This document shows positions 45,360 through 54,966 of a stretch of DNA of 64,000 nucleotides, piece after piece. The stretch's first letter is position 1, and each line of letters starts with the position of its first letter. Where the stretch lies: the NCBI GenBank assembly GCA_965541585.1, contig CBEUCH010000007.1:96001-160000 (forward strand). The letters are read 5' to 3'. The position numbers were made by a program, and so were the translations under genes. Source of the DNA: an uncultured bacterium. Its GTDB lineage: Bacteria; Zixibacteria; MSB-5A5; UBA10806. A model generated the notes under the pieces. The model made no database searches. It saw nothing but the letters and a program-made list of their open reading frames with translations, and was not told where the DNA came from.

Positions 45360-46999
45360 TGAGAGCCAATCTCGTAGTCGCCGCTATTTCGTTTTCGATT
45401 CTCGTGTTATCGCTCGAATCGACATATGCGTCCGATTCGACCTCTGTATACTGGGTCTTCTTCAAAGACAAGGGCCCGAATGCGGCATCACGGATACGAG
45501 AATTCGAGCAGAGCCTGCCCGACAGAACAATCGAGCGCAGAAAGAAGGCAATTCGTGGGGAGACGGTGGCGGATATTTACGATCTGCCGGTATACTATCC
45601 CTATGTAGATTCCCTATCGGCTTACATCGAAAGAATTCGGGAGGAGAGCAGATGGCTCAACGCGGTAAGTGCCATCGTCAGCGCATCCAGGATCGATATG
45701 ATCGAGGAACTGCCTTTTGTAAAAGATACGCGGCCGGTGTTGCGATCGGATCCGAGGATCGTAGTTGTCGATGTGGTTGAAACGTGGTCTGCGGGGAATC
45801 ATGAGTATAAACCGACACCGACCTCCATCGATTACGGGCGCTCGTTCGATCAGCTCGAGCAAATCGATGTAATCTGGGCCCATGAGCAGGGGTATCACGG
45901 AGAAGGTGTGATCATCTGTTTTCTCGACACCGGATTTTTGACCTATCACCATGCATTCAACCAGATGGATATCCTGGCCACCTACGATTTTATCAATGAC
46001 GATGATTTTGTCGGTTTTGATTCCTCGCAGGACCTGCCCGAGCAGCCCCGTCATGGAACAGGTTGTCTGGGAACCATCGGCGGGTATTATCCGGGGGAGT
46101 TGATAGGGCCGGCTTTTGCCGCTTCATATATATTATGCAAGACCGAAGAAACCGGATCGGAAACAGCGGTTGAAGAAGATTACTATGTAGTCGGTCTGGA
46201 GTGGGGGGAGTGGATGGGCGCCGACGTCGCCTCGTCCTCACTATCATATTCTGATTGGTATATCGCCGACGATTATGACGGTCAAAGTTGTGTAACTACC
46301 GTGGCCGCCAATATCGCGTTTCGTAAGGGGATGATTCTTTGCTCATCAATGGGAAACGCGGGACCGGGGAAATTCACCCTGGGCGCTCCCGCTGATTCTC
46401 GTCTCTCACTTGGGATCGGCGCCGTCCAGTGGAACGGTGAGCTGGCGGGATTTTCGTCGTGGGGGCCTACTGCAGACGGCAGAATAAAGCCGGATGTCTG
46501 CGCACAGGGAGTGGCAACCGTAGCAGCCAGCCCCTATACGACAGACGGCTTCGGCCTCTGGAACGGGACATCTCTTTCGTGTCCTCTGGTCGCGGGAGTG
46601 GTGGCGCTGGTAGTGCAGGCCCAACCCGAATGGAGCCCTCTTGAAGTAAAAGAGGCGATAATGGCGACCGCCAGTCATGCGACCCGGCCGGATATCCGTT
46701 ATGGCTGGGGAATCGTCAGCGCCGAAGATGCCATCAATTACCCTTCATTTTCAGGTTATCTGGTCGATGAGGGAACAAGAAATGCAATCACGGAATCCAT
46801 ATTTCTGGAAAACGAAGATACCGGAGAGATTCTCGAAATCGAACCTGATGAATCCGGGCATTTTACTGCGGCCAATCTGGATGCTGCCGCATATAAGATC
46901 ATCATTCAGAAAGATGGCTTTCTCCCGTATGAGCAAACAATCGCAGTCCCGCCATCGGAAGAGTTTGATATTTTTCTCCAAAAAATCGATCGGGAGTAG
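45359..46999 (+). CDS. S8 family serine peptidase
   Basis: YWVFFKDK prodomain; catalytic motifs DTG, HGT, GTSLSCP; SSWGPTADGRIKPDV. Confidence 0.92.
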   Translation: MRANLVVAAISFSILVLSLESTYASDSTSVYWVFFKDKGPNAASRIREFEQSLPDRTIERRKKAIRGETVADIYDLPVYYPYVDSLSAYIERIREESRWLNAVSAIVSASRIDMIEELPFVKDTRPVLRSDPRIVVVDVVETWSAGNHEYKPTPTSIDYGRSFDQLEQIDVIWAHEQGYHGEGVIICFLDTGFLTYHHAFNQMDILATYDFINDDDFVGFDSSQDLPEQPRHGTGCLGTIGGYYPGELIGPAFAASYILCKTEETGSETAVEEDYYVVGLEWGEWMGADVASSSLSYSDWYIADDYDGQSCVTTVAANIAFRKGMILCSSMGNAGPGKFTLGAPADSRLSLGIGAVQWNGELAGFSSWGPTADGRIKPDVCAQGVATVAASPYTTDGFGLWNGTSLSCPLVAGVVALVVQAQPEWSPLEVKEAIMATASHATRPDIRYGWGIVSAEDAINYPSFSGYLVDEGTRNAITESIFLENEDTGEILEIEPDESGHFTAANLDAAAYKIIIQKDGFLPYEQTIAVPPSEEFDIFLQKIDRE

Positions 47000-47097
47000 A
47001 GCGGTCATAAATAGTTTGAGGGAAAGCGATAACTATACTTAAAGATAATTAGAATATCTCTAATTAAGTGGGAATCATCGCGGAACCGATAAATTGC

Positions 47098-47126
47098 TTG
47101 ACAGTATAAAAACTCAGGGGTAATAT
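47098..47126 (+). promoter_or_regulatory. Putative sigma70 promoter
   Basis: TTGACA-17 nt-TAATAT upstream of the cytochrome gene. Confidence 0.65.
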
Positions 47127-47177
47127 GATTTTTGTCATAAATAGGTGTGAGATGAATTTCAACCCGGAGGTGATTGA

Positions 47178-47741
47178 GTGAAGAGAGTCGTAGTTATTGT
47201 GATGATTGCGGGTTTGGGGCTCCTATTGTTATCTGTTCTGGGCACCGCCCAGGAGAAACAGGAGAAAAAAGTCGAGCACCAGTATGTGGGAGTGGCTAAA
47301 TGCAAAACCTGCCACAAGGCCGAGGCAAAAGGTGCCCAATATATTAAGTGGACCGAGTCAAAGCATTCCAAAGCTTATGAGGTTCTGGCGTCAGAGGAAG
47401 CTATTGCAATAGGCAAAAAGCTTGACATAGACAATCCCCAGACCAGCGACCAGTGCCTGGTCTGCCATGTGACCGCTTTCGCCGCTCCGGCTGAGGCTAA
47501 GGCTGAAAGCTTCGATCAAACCGAGGGAGTCGGCTGTGAAGTTTGCCATGGCCCGGGGTCCGACTACAGGAAGTTGAAGATCATGAAAGACCAGGAGGCC
47601 TCGATCGCCGCCGGTTTGATAATTCCGGATGAGGAAGTATGCGTGGGTTGTCATAACGAAAAGAGTCCGAATTTCAAGGAATTCAATTTCGAGGAGGCCC
47701 TCAAGGTCATCGCTCATCCGAATCCGAAGAAGCAAAAGTAA
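47178..47741 (+). CDS. Tetraheme cytochrome c (c554-like)
   Basis: Signal peptide; four CxxCH motifs (CKTCH, CLVCH, CEVCH, CVGCH); YVG...C..CH, W..SKH, EGVGCE.CHGPGS. Confidence 0.92.
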   Translation: MKRVVVIVMIAGLGLLLLSVLGTAQEKQEKKVEHQYVGVAKCKTCHKAEAKGAQYIKWTESKHSKAYEVLASEEAIAIGKKLDIDNPQTSDQCLVCHVTAFAAPAEAKAESFDQTEGVGCEVCHGPGSDYRKLKIMKDQEASIAAGLIIPDEEVCVGCHNEKSPNFKEFNFEEALKVIAHPNPKKQK

Positions 47742-47761
47742 TCTCTTTTAGAAAATAGGAT

Positions 47762-47799
47762 AAGAAAAGGGAGACCGCCGGTTCGGTCTCCCTTTTCTT
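47762..47799. terminator. Bidirectional Rho-independent terminator
   Basis: AAGAAAAGGGAGACCG-CCGGTT-CGGTCTCCCTTTTCTT between convergent genes. Confidence 0.9.
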
Positions 47800-47815
47800 T
47801 ACCATAATCGAAGCT

Positions 47816-48037
47816 CTATGATTCAAGGGCTTTTTGTATCTTATCCTTTAGAAAGGTAGGCGCTTTCTCCTGGAAACAGCTTTTCTGCACCAACTCCTTC
47901 AATTTCTTTTCGAATTCAAAATGGTCGCAGCAGAGCCGGCAAAGATCGAGGTGTTTTTCTACCTGGGAGGCGGTCATACCGTCGGCCTCGCGATCCAGAT
48001 ATTCATAGAGCTTGTCAACCGCTTCCTTGCAGGTCAT
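47816..48037 (-). CDS. Soluble zf-HC2 anti-sigma factor (RsrA/RshA-like)
   Basis: MTCKEAVDKLYEYLDRE.......VEKHLDLCRLC; ATG at 48037, 2 nt after the sigma stop. Confidence 0.88.
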   Translation of the reverse strand: MTCKEAVDKLYEYLDREADGMTASQVEKHLDLCRLCCDHFEFEKKLKELVQKSCFQEKAPTFLKDKIQKALES

Positions 48038-48039
48038 TT

Positions 48040-48642
48040 TTACTTCCCTTTGAGTATTCCTCTTTCCCGGGCGAATTCCCATAGCTGTTTCTGAAGTATC
48101 TTTCTCCCTCTGAATATGCGGGACTTTACAGTTCCGACGCTAATATCCAAAATCTCAGCAATCTCCTGGTAGCTGAATCCCTCAACATCACTTAACAGCA
48201 CCGCCAGCCTGAATTGTTCCGGGACATTTTCCAGGGCAACAATTACATCATCGGAGACATAATCCTTGAGCATCTCGGTTACGGCTGCCGCTCCTCGCGC
48301 CTCCGATTTATCCGACGCCGTGATTTCCTTCACTAATTCATCGGCAAGGCAGAAATTTTCTATAGCCTGGAAATCAACCATATCGGGTTCCTGTTTTTTC
48401 TTGCGGTAACGGGTGCGAAAGGTATTGGTCAATATCGTCAAAATCCATGCCCTGGCGTTCGTGCCTCTCTCAAATCGATGGAAAAACCTGAACGCCTTCA
48501 GATAGGCTTCCTGAACCAGATCTTCGGCATCCTTGACATTGCGGGTCATCCTGAGCGCAATGTTATACAGATTGTCAAGCAGGGGCAGAAATATGGTCTC
48601 AAATTCCCTTTTTTTCTCTTGATCGTTTTTTCCATCAGCCAT
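48040..48642 (-). CDS. ECF sigma factor (SigH/SigR-like)
   Basis: LY..ALRMTRN..DAEDLVQEAYLKA, GTNARAW...IL.NTF, DVEGFSYQEIAEIL....GTVKSRI.RGR. Confidence 0.92.
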   Translation of the reverse strand: MADGKNDQEKKREFETIFLPLLDNLYNIALRMTRNVKDAEDLVQEAYLKAFRFFHRFERGTNARAWILTILTNTFRTRYRKKKQEPDMVDFQAIENFCLADELVKEITASDKSEARGAAAVTEMLKDYVSDDVIVALENVPEQFRLAVLLSDVEGFSYQEIAEILDISVGTVKSRIFRGRKILQKQLWEFARERGILKGK

Positions 48643-48688
48643 ATTATTACCCAAACCTGAATTGTAGTTTGAAAATGAAAGTAGCGAC

Positions 48689-50356
48689 ATGAAAAGATTT
48701 TGTCAAGGATTATTCTCGGCGACGGGAGTTGTCTTCCTGGCTGCCTTTTTGTCTCTGAGTATATCGACCGGCAGCGCAAATACTGATGGGGATTTATTCT
48801 GGATTTTCTTCAAGGACAAAGGTAGCGAAATGCCGATTCCTGTCTCCGAAGACGCCGCTCGCCGTAGATCTATACGGTCATCCGTATCCGATTTTTCATG
48901 GATGGATACCCCTGTCAGGAAGGAATACATCGATGATCTAACAGCGAAGGGAATCCGTGTACGAAACGAATCCCGATGGCTCAATGCAGTCAGCGCTTAT
49001 ATGGAGGAGATTAGCTTAAATGAGATAGCCGAGCTTCCCTTTGTTGAAGGCATAAGTCGTGTTTCTTCTTATTCCAAACCGAGAGTGCAGCCCGATTATG
49101 GGGCCGCCTTCCGGTCCGGCAAAACGGCGGCTTTTGACTATGGACCATCGTATGCTCAGATCTCCATAATCGCCATAGATTCTCTTCACAGTCTCGGCCT
49201 GTCCGGCGACGGCATATTGATCGGCATAATGGATACCGGCTTCGATACTAGTCATTCGGTCTTCTCACGTCTCAGGGATGATAGCCGTATATTGGCAACT
49301 TATGATTATATAAACGCCGATTCTAATGTCGTCGATGAACCCGATGCCCAGCGGGCGCACGGGACTCAGGTGCTCTCCGCGCTTGCCGGCTTCAATGAGG
49401 GATCCCTGATCGGGCCGGCATTCGGCGCCGAGTTCATTCTCGCAAAAACCGAAATAGTCCTTGGTGGTGTTGAAATTCAAGCCGAGGAGGACAACTGGGT
49501 GGCCGCGGCAGAATGGATGGAACCTCTGGGAGTGGATATCATCTCATCTTCTGTCGGCTATATCGACTGGTACGACACCACCCAGCTCGACGGCCGGACT
49601 GCTGTGATCACGCAAGCAGCAAATATCGCCACCTCGTTAGGAGTTGTGGTCGTCAATGCCGCAGGGAATGAAGGTGATAATACTAACTGGCGCAAGGTCA
49701 TCCCTCCTGCCGACGGCGATTCGGTCATTGCGGTCGGAGCAGTCGATTCCGCCGGTGAGATTGCTGAGTTCTCGTCGCGAGGACCTACGGCCGATGGTCG
49801 AATAAAACCCGATTTTTGCGCCCTGGGAAAATTCGTTTTTCTGGCCAACTGGACCGGCGGTTATGGTCAATCCCGGGGAACGTCATTTTCGACTCCTCTT
49901 ATGTCCGGAGGAATTGCGCTCCTGCTTGAAGGTCATCCTGATTGGACTTTAGCCGATATATTGACCGCTCTCAAGAGATCGGCGTCCCACGGCTTTCTTC
50001 CAAACAACAGCTATGGCTGGGGAGTGCCTGATTTCACCTCGGCGTTCTATGGGCGGGCAGGATGGCCGTCGGGCGGTAGACTCTCCATCTTGATAGCCCC
50101 GCATCCTGCAATCGGTTCCGTCGTTTTCTATCTCAGGGCGACTGGTAGCGGCGAGGGAGAATTGTCTATTCACGATGTCTCAGGAGCTCTCGTAAATAGT
50201 ATGCAGGTCGAAGCTGATAGTTCCGGTCTGGCAATGCTGGTCTGGGACGGCTATAACGCTTCACATCGGCGCGTTGCCTCCGGAGTTTATATCTCCAACT
50301 TCTGCATGCGTGGAGAGAACGCCAGCGAAAAGTTCTTCTTTATTTCAGACCATTAA
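48689..50356 (+). CDS. S8 family serine peptidase with FlgD/T9SS-like C-terminal domain
   Basis: FWIFFKDK, DTG, HGT, GTSFSTP, SSRGPTADGRIKPD; C-terminal IHDVSGALV...WDG......VASGVY. Confidence 0.92.
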   Translation: MKRFCQGLFSATGVVFLAAFLSLSISTGSANTDGDLFWIFFKDKGSEMPIPVSEDAARRRSIRSSVSDFSWMDTPVRKEYIDDLTAKGIRVRNESRWLNAVSAYMEEISLNEIAELPFVEGISRVSSYSKPRVQPDYGAAFRSGKTAAFDYGPSYAQISIIAIDSLHSLGLSGDGILIGIMDTGFDTSHSVFSRLRDDSRILATYDYINADSNVVDEPDAQRAHGTQVLSALAGFNEGSLIGPAFGAEFILAKTEIVLGGVEIQAEEDNWVAAAEWMEPLGVDIISSSVGYIDWYDTTQLDGRTAVITQAANIATSLGVVVVNAAGNEGDNTNWRKVIPPADGDSVIAVGAVDSAGEIAEFSSRGPTADGRIKPDFCALGKFVFLANWTGGYGQSRGTSFSTPLMSGGIALLLEGHPDWTLADILTALKRSASHGFLPNNSYGWGVPDFTSAFYGRAGWPSGGRLSILIAPHPAIGSVVFYLRATGSGEGELSIHDVSGALVNSMQVEADSSGLAMLVWDGYNASHRRVASGVYISNFCMRGENASEKFFFISDH

Positions 50357-50465
50357 TCATAGCCGGCCGCTGGCCTGAAAGATGGACTGTGGCCGATGGA
50401 TTACTATCGCATTACACTGATATTAGATTTTGAAATATTCTATGTTCATCGTCGGGCGAATCCCC

Positions 50466-50493
50466 TTGACAATCGGGTATCAGCAGATACATT
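50466..50493 (+). promoter_or_regulatory. Putative sigma70 promoter
   Basis: TTGACA-16 nt-TACATT upstream of the sucC-like gene. Confidence 0.5.
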
Positions 50494-50624
50494 TGCCGTG
50501 AGAATTTTACAGAGCGGATTTAATCAGGATTCGCATTGGAGGGTGGAAATCTGCAAAGTCAATCTCGTGGTAAACAAAGAAATAAAGATGTAGATGTTCC
50601 GGGATCTGAGAGGCGATCAATAAT

Positions 50625-51815
50625 ATGAGGCTTTATGAGTACGAAGCCAAGATGCTTTTCGGCAAATTCGGGATTCCTTTGCCCGAAAGCGGTCATGCAC
50701 GTTCTACAGGGGACGTCGAGGAAATCGCCGACAGGCTCGGTTTTCCAGTTATTCTCAAATCTCAGGTATTGACGGGAGGGCGGGGCAAAGCCGGTGGTAT
50801 CAGAATCATAGACAGAAGGGAAGACCTTAAAGCTCAATCCGAAGAACTTTTCAATCTCAAGATCAAAGGCTATCCCGTCGGCTCGGTCCTGGTTGAGAAA
50901 GCGCTCGATATCGATAGGGAACTCTACCTCGGGATTACCATCAACCGAACCGATTACAGGATTGCAGTGATCGCCTCGGATTCGGGAGGAGTCGATATCG
51001 AGAAGGTTGCGTCTGAGACTCCGGAGAAAATCTATACTAAAGAGCTTGAGATAGACGAGGAATTTTATCAATTTCATGCTATACAGCTCGGCGGGAAAAT
51101 AGGGATTCCGTCGGATAAGATCCGCGATTTTGCAACAATTGCACTAGCGCTATTGAAATTTTTCAGATCTTATGATGCCAAGCTGGCGGAGATCAATCCT
51201 CTAATTGTTACGAAATCAGGCGAGTTGATAGCCGCCGATGCCCGAGTGAGTCTCGATGATGATGCCTTGTTCCGTCATCCCGATTTGAAGGAGATGGGAA
51301 TCGAGAAGCGCCATGAAGAGGGCGAGCTCACTCCGCGGGAGGTTCAGGCTCACGAATCGGGAATTCCTTACCTCGATCTGGATGGCGATATTGGTATGTT
51401 TCCCGGCGGCGCCGGTTTCGGCATAATGGGTAATGATTTTATTCAATACTTCGGAGGCAGACCGGCTAATTTCATGGATTCCGGCGGCGGGCCATCGCCC
51501 GAACGGATCGCCAGAATGCTGGTTTTGCTCGATGACAACTCTCAGGTGAAGGTTATATTCGGCGCCAGGTTCGGCGGGATATCCCGATGCGATGATTTTG
51601 CCAGGGGAGTCATAAAGTTTTTGCGCGAGCATGGATTGTCGAAACCGATGGTTCTGCGAATGACCGGCAACATGTGGCAGGAAGGCGTGAAAATATTCGA
51701 AGAAGCAAGACGTGAAACTCCGGGGCTGTTTGAGAAGATAGAGTTTCACGGTATTGAGGTGCCGATCGAGGATATAGCAAAAAGGGCGGTGGAACTGGCA
51801 AAGGCTGCAGGATGA
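50625..51815 (+). CDS. sucC: Succinyl-CoA synthetase beta subunit-like ATP-grasp ligase
   Basis: MRLYEYEAK, KSQVLTGGRGKAGG, GGVDIE, EINPL, DDALFRH, GGRPANFMD.GGG. Confidence 0.82.
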   Translation: MRLYEYEAKMLFGKFGIPLPESGHARSTGDVEEIADRLGFPVILKSQVLTGGRGKAGGIRIIDRREDLKAQSEELFNLKIKGYPVGSVLVEKALDIDRELYLGITINRTDYRIAVIASDSGGVDIEKVASETPEKIYTKELEIDEEFYQFHAIQLGGKIGIPSDKIRDFATIALALLKFFRSYDAKLAEINPLIVTKSGELIAADARVSLDDDALFRHPDLKEMGIEKRHEEGELTPREVQAHESGIPYLDLDGDIGMFPGGAGFGIMGNDFIQYFGGRPANFMDSGGGPSPERIARMLVLLDDNSQVKVIFGARFGGISRCDDFARGVIKFLREHGLSKPMVLRMTGNMWQEGVKIFEEARRETPGLFEKIEFHGIEVPIEDIAKRAVELAKAAG

Positions 51816-52267
51816 AAAAGCTGCTATTTCTAATATTGGTTATAAATCTCGCCTGTGCGGGACTTTTTCACCGCGGCGCGGTGCTGCAGGATGGCCCTGT
51901 TCCATTTCATACTATATTGGCGGGCTCTCATAGCCTGGCAGATACTGCTTTCGTTGAATTGGTGACGGACAATAGGGAATGGGAGAATATCTGGCTTATT
52001 GCCAAAGGATTGGTCGATCCCCTGCCGACGAAACCGACCGTTGATTTCAGACGTCAGCGCGTTATAGCTGTTTTCATGGGTCAAAGACGGAGTTCGGGTT
52101 ATCGTATCGAGGTAACATCGATTGAGAAAACCGGCAAGGTCTTGAACGTATATATCAAGAGGTATGAGACACCCGGCATGCTCACGGTGGTTACCAATCC
52201 GTTTACCCTGGTGCGAATACCGAAAGGTAATTACCGGCTGGAGATCATCGAGGAGATCGTAAGATGA
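51812..52267 (+). CDS. Lipoprotein with PrcB C-terminal-like domain
   Basis: Lipobox NLAC; P.VDF....VIAVFMGQ..SSGY.IEV..I...V.T.PF.LV.IPK. Confidence 0.75.
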   Translation: MKKLLFLILVINLACAGLFHRGAVLQDGPVPFHTILAGSHSLADTAFVELVTDNREWENIWLIAKGLVDPLPTKPTVDFRRQRVIAVFMGQRRSSGYRIEVTSIEKTGKVLNVYIKRYETPGMLTVVTNPFTLVRIPKGNYRLEIIEEIVR

Positions 52268-52310
52268 AAACGGTGAAAAGACTGTCGCCAGAGGTACGGA
52301 TTAATTAGAT

Positions 52311-53177
52311 ATGGCGATACTCTTAACAAAAGATTCGAGAGTAATAGTCCAGGGGATTACCGGAACGGGTGGTTCATTTCATACCCGGCGAATGCTTGAA
52401 TACGGCACCAATATCGTGGCTGGGACGTCGCCGGGCAAAGGAGGACAGGCCGTCGAGGGAGTTCCGGTAAGGAATACGGTCGCCGAATGTGTATCCGAAT
52501 TTGACGCCGATTTTTCCGTGATTTTTTTGCCGGCAAGGTTCGCCTGCGAGGCTGCTATAGAGGCAATTCATGCCGGGATCAAGACCGTCGTTGTGGTTCC
52601 GGAACATATACCGATAGCCGATATGATGCAGGTCAGAAAGGTGGCCGGAGAATACGGGGCGGTGGTGATCGGGGGCAATACCGCAGGAGTAATCACACCG
52701 GGTCAGGCAAACGTCGGCATAATTCCCGATATCGCATTCAAGGCCGGCAGGGTCGGCACCGTTTCCAGGTCGGGTTCTCTTACCTATTATGTCGCCGATA
52801 CACTCACCAGGACAGGATTCGGCGAGACCACCTGCGTAGGGCTCGGGGGTGATCCGGTGCTCGGGTCGACCTTCGATGAGATACTGCTTTTATTTGATGA
52901 AGATAATGACACCAAGGCTATCGTGATGGTTGGCGAGATCGGCGGCGTATACGAGGAACGCGCTTCTGAAACGGTGAAGGGGCTTTCCAAACCGGTAATC
53001 TGCATGATTGGAGGTATCTTCGCGCCACCGGGCAAGAGGATGGGGCACGCCGGCGCCATAGTCGAAGGTAGCATGGGTACGGCCCAATCGAAACTTGGTG
53101 TTTTGACAAAGGCCGGAGCGCATCATGCGAAAACCTTCATGGATATCCCCGAGATTCTGAAGAGGCTGAACGTATGA
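52311..53177 (+). CDS. sucD: Succinyl-CoA synthetase alpha subunit-like
   Basis: VIVQGITG..G.FH, YGTNIVAG..PGKGG, VSRSG.LTY, GLGGDP, GEIGG..E, RMGHAGA (phospho-His). Confidence 0.88.
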   Translation: MAILLTKDSRVIVQGITGTGGSFHTRRMLEYGTNIVAGTSPGKGGQAVEGVPVRNTVAECVSEFDADFSVIFLPARFACEAAIEAIHAGIKTVVVVPEHIPIADMMQVRKVAGEYGAVVIGGNTAGVITPGQANVGIIPDIAFKAGRVGTVSRSGSLTYYVADTLTRTGFGETTCVGLGGDPVLGSTFDEILLLFDEDNDTKAIVMVGEIGGVYEERASETVKGLSKPVICMIGGIFAPPGKRMGHAGAIVEGSMGTAQSKLGVLTKAGAHHAKTFMDIPEILKRLNV

Positions 53178-54193
53178 GCTATGAGCCGGAGCCGGTGGCG
53201 AGGATTCTCAGAAAAGGAATCATCGAATCTATCCATTACGGCTCGGCTGCAGTGGTCAACGCCGATGGCAGCCTTCTATATCGAATCGGCGATCCCTATT
53301 TTGTAACATATTTGCGTTCCTCCGCCAAACCGTTTCAGGCTATACCGGTTGTAGAATCCGGAGCGGCCAGAGAATTCGGATTTACCTCGGCGGAAATCGC
53401 AATCATGACCGGTTCGCACTCGGGAAGCGATATTCATGTTCGGACCATTCAATCGATACTCGATAAAATAGGCCTCAGACCTGAACATTTGATGTGTGGC
53501 AGCCATCCGCCCATTAGCGATAAGTTATCAGGGCCGCTAAAGGATCCCGGAGCGCAACAGTCGGCCTTACACCATAATTGCTCCGGAAAGCACGCCGGGA
53601 TGCTGGCGCTGGCGGTGTTCAAGAATTTATCTACGGATGATTATCTTTCGCCTGCTCATCCGGTTCAGCAGACTATAAGAAAAACAGTTGCAGAAATCTG
53701 CTGTTACCCTGAAGATAAGATCATGGTTGGAATCGACGGGTGCTCGGCGCCGAACCATGCGCTGCCAATCTATAACATGGCTCTGGGATTCGCCCGTATG
53801 GTAACCCCGAATGCCGTGCCCAGGGATAAGGCCTTTGCCTATAGTGCCGTCGTTATGGCGATGATGGAGCATCCCGAAATGGTGGCAGGCGACGGCAGGT
53901 TCGATACCACGTTGATCTCCTCTGCCGGTGAAAAACTGATCTGCAAGGTGGGTGCCGAGGCTCTGGAATGCTTTGCCTTTGTCGATCGCAAATTAGGAGC
54001 AGCCGTGAAAATAATCGACGGAACAAAAAGGGCTTTATTCCCAACGGCGGTTGAATTTCTTTATAAAATGGGGGTGCGCTCCAGAACAGGTGAAGTAGAT
54101 GAATTTCACAGACCGGTTATCAAAAATTGGAGGGGGCTCGATGTTGGCCACATTGACCCCGGATTCGAAATAAGGGAGGTAGATCATGAATGA
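53174..54193 (+). CDS. Rhizobium AnsA-type (class 3) L-asparaginase family protein
   Basis: ES.H.G, RSSAKPFQA, SHSG, HNCSGKHAGML, DGCSAP, K.GAE, AVKI.DG. Confidence 0.88.
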   Translation: MSYEPEPVARILRKGIIESIHYGSAAVVNADGSLLYRIGDPYFVTYLRSSAKPFQAIPVVESGAAREFGFTSAEIAIMTGSHSGSDIHVRTIQSILDKIGLRPEHLMCGSHPPISDKLSGPLKDPGAQQSALHHNCSGKHAGMLALAVFKNLSTDDYLSPAHPVQQTIRKTVAEICCYPEDKIMVGIDGCSAPNHALPIYNMALGFARMVTPNAVPRDKAFAYSAVVMAMMEHPEMVAGDGRFDTTLISSAGEKLICKVGAEALECFAFVDRKLGAAVKIIDGTKRALFPTAVEFLYKMGVRSRTGEVDEFHRPVIKNWRGLDVGHIDPGFEIREVDHE

Positions 54194-54713
54194 AATCTTT
54201 CCATTGATTGATAGGATTTCCGATTCAAGTCTTCTATCGCGTACCATATCGTGCTGGGAGGAGGCAGTCAAAAGAGGTGGCTGGAGCAAACATGATCTGG
54301 ATTCGATACCGTTTACGTTGCTTCCGGCAAAGTATAGACCCAGTATCGTGGCGCACACAAACGGCGTTGCGGAATGTGCCGTAGCCATGGGCGAGGTCAT
54401 CAAAAGGACCTACGGGACCAACATCGATCTTGATATGGATGTTCTCATCTCAGGGGCGATATTGCACGATGTGGGAAAGGTGCTGGAGTACGCGATAGAG
54501 AAAAAAGGATATGTTAAATCAAAATACGGAAAGCTCGTTCGTCATCCGATTTCCGGCGCCAGCCTGGCCGAGGAGGTTGCTCTTCCCCCGGAGGTTGTGC
54601 ATATCATCTGGACCCACTCCCACGAGGGTGACAAAATGACTCGCACGTTGGAGTCGGTGCTTGTTCACCACGCCGATTTCGCCAATTTCGAAGTCCTGGG
54701 AGGGAAGGCGTAG
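54186..54713 (+). CDS. HD-domain phosphohydrolase
   Basis: PFTLL, HT..V, LHDVGK, RHP.SG, HSHE, HHAD. Confidence 0.85.
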   Translation: MNEIFPLIDRISDSSLLSRTISCWEEAVKRGGWSKHDLDSIPFTLLPAKYRPSIVAHTNGVAECAVAMGEVIKRTYGTNIDLDMDVLISGAILHDVGKVLEYAIEKKGYVKSKYGKLVRHPISGASLAEEVALPPEVVHIIWTHSHEGDKMTRTLESVLVHHADFANFEVLGGKA

Positions 54714-54966
54714 GCGGAATAGCGACGGATGGTTCCTTGTAAGATGGGCGTAATGGGAGATTTTTCGGAATTCTGGTTATGCTATCAATATGGTTATGAC
54801 TGACCGGAATCTAAAATATTAATGACGTTTTGGTGGGAGAGGATCAGAGGGGTCATGGTTGATTCTCAGGTCGTCCCTCTGCAATGAGATCAGGATAGAG
54901 CGACTGCAAGCTTCTAACTTATTGACAATTAAGAAGATATAATAACAGAACTTAAGGGAGGAATAA

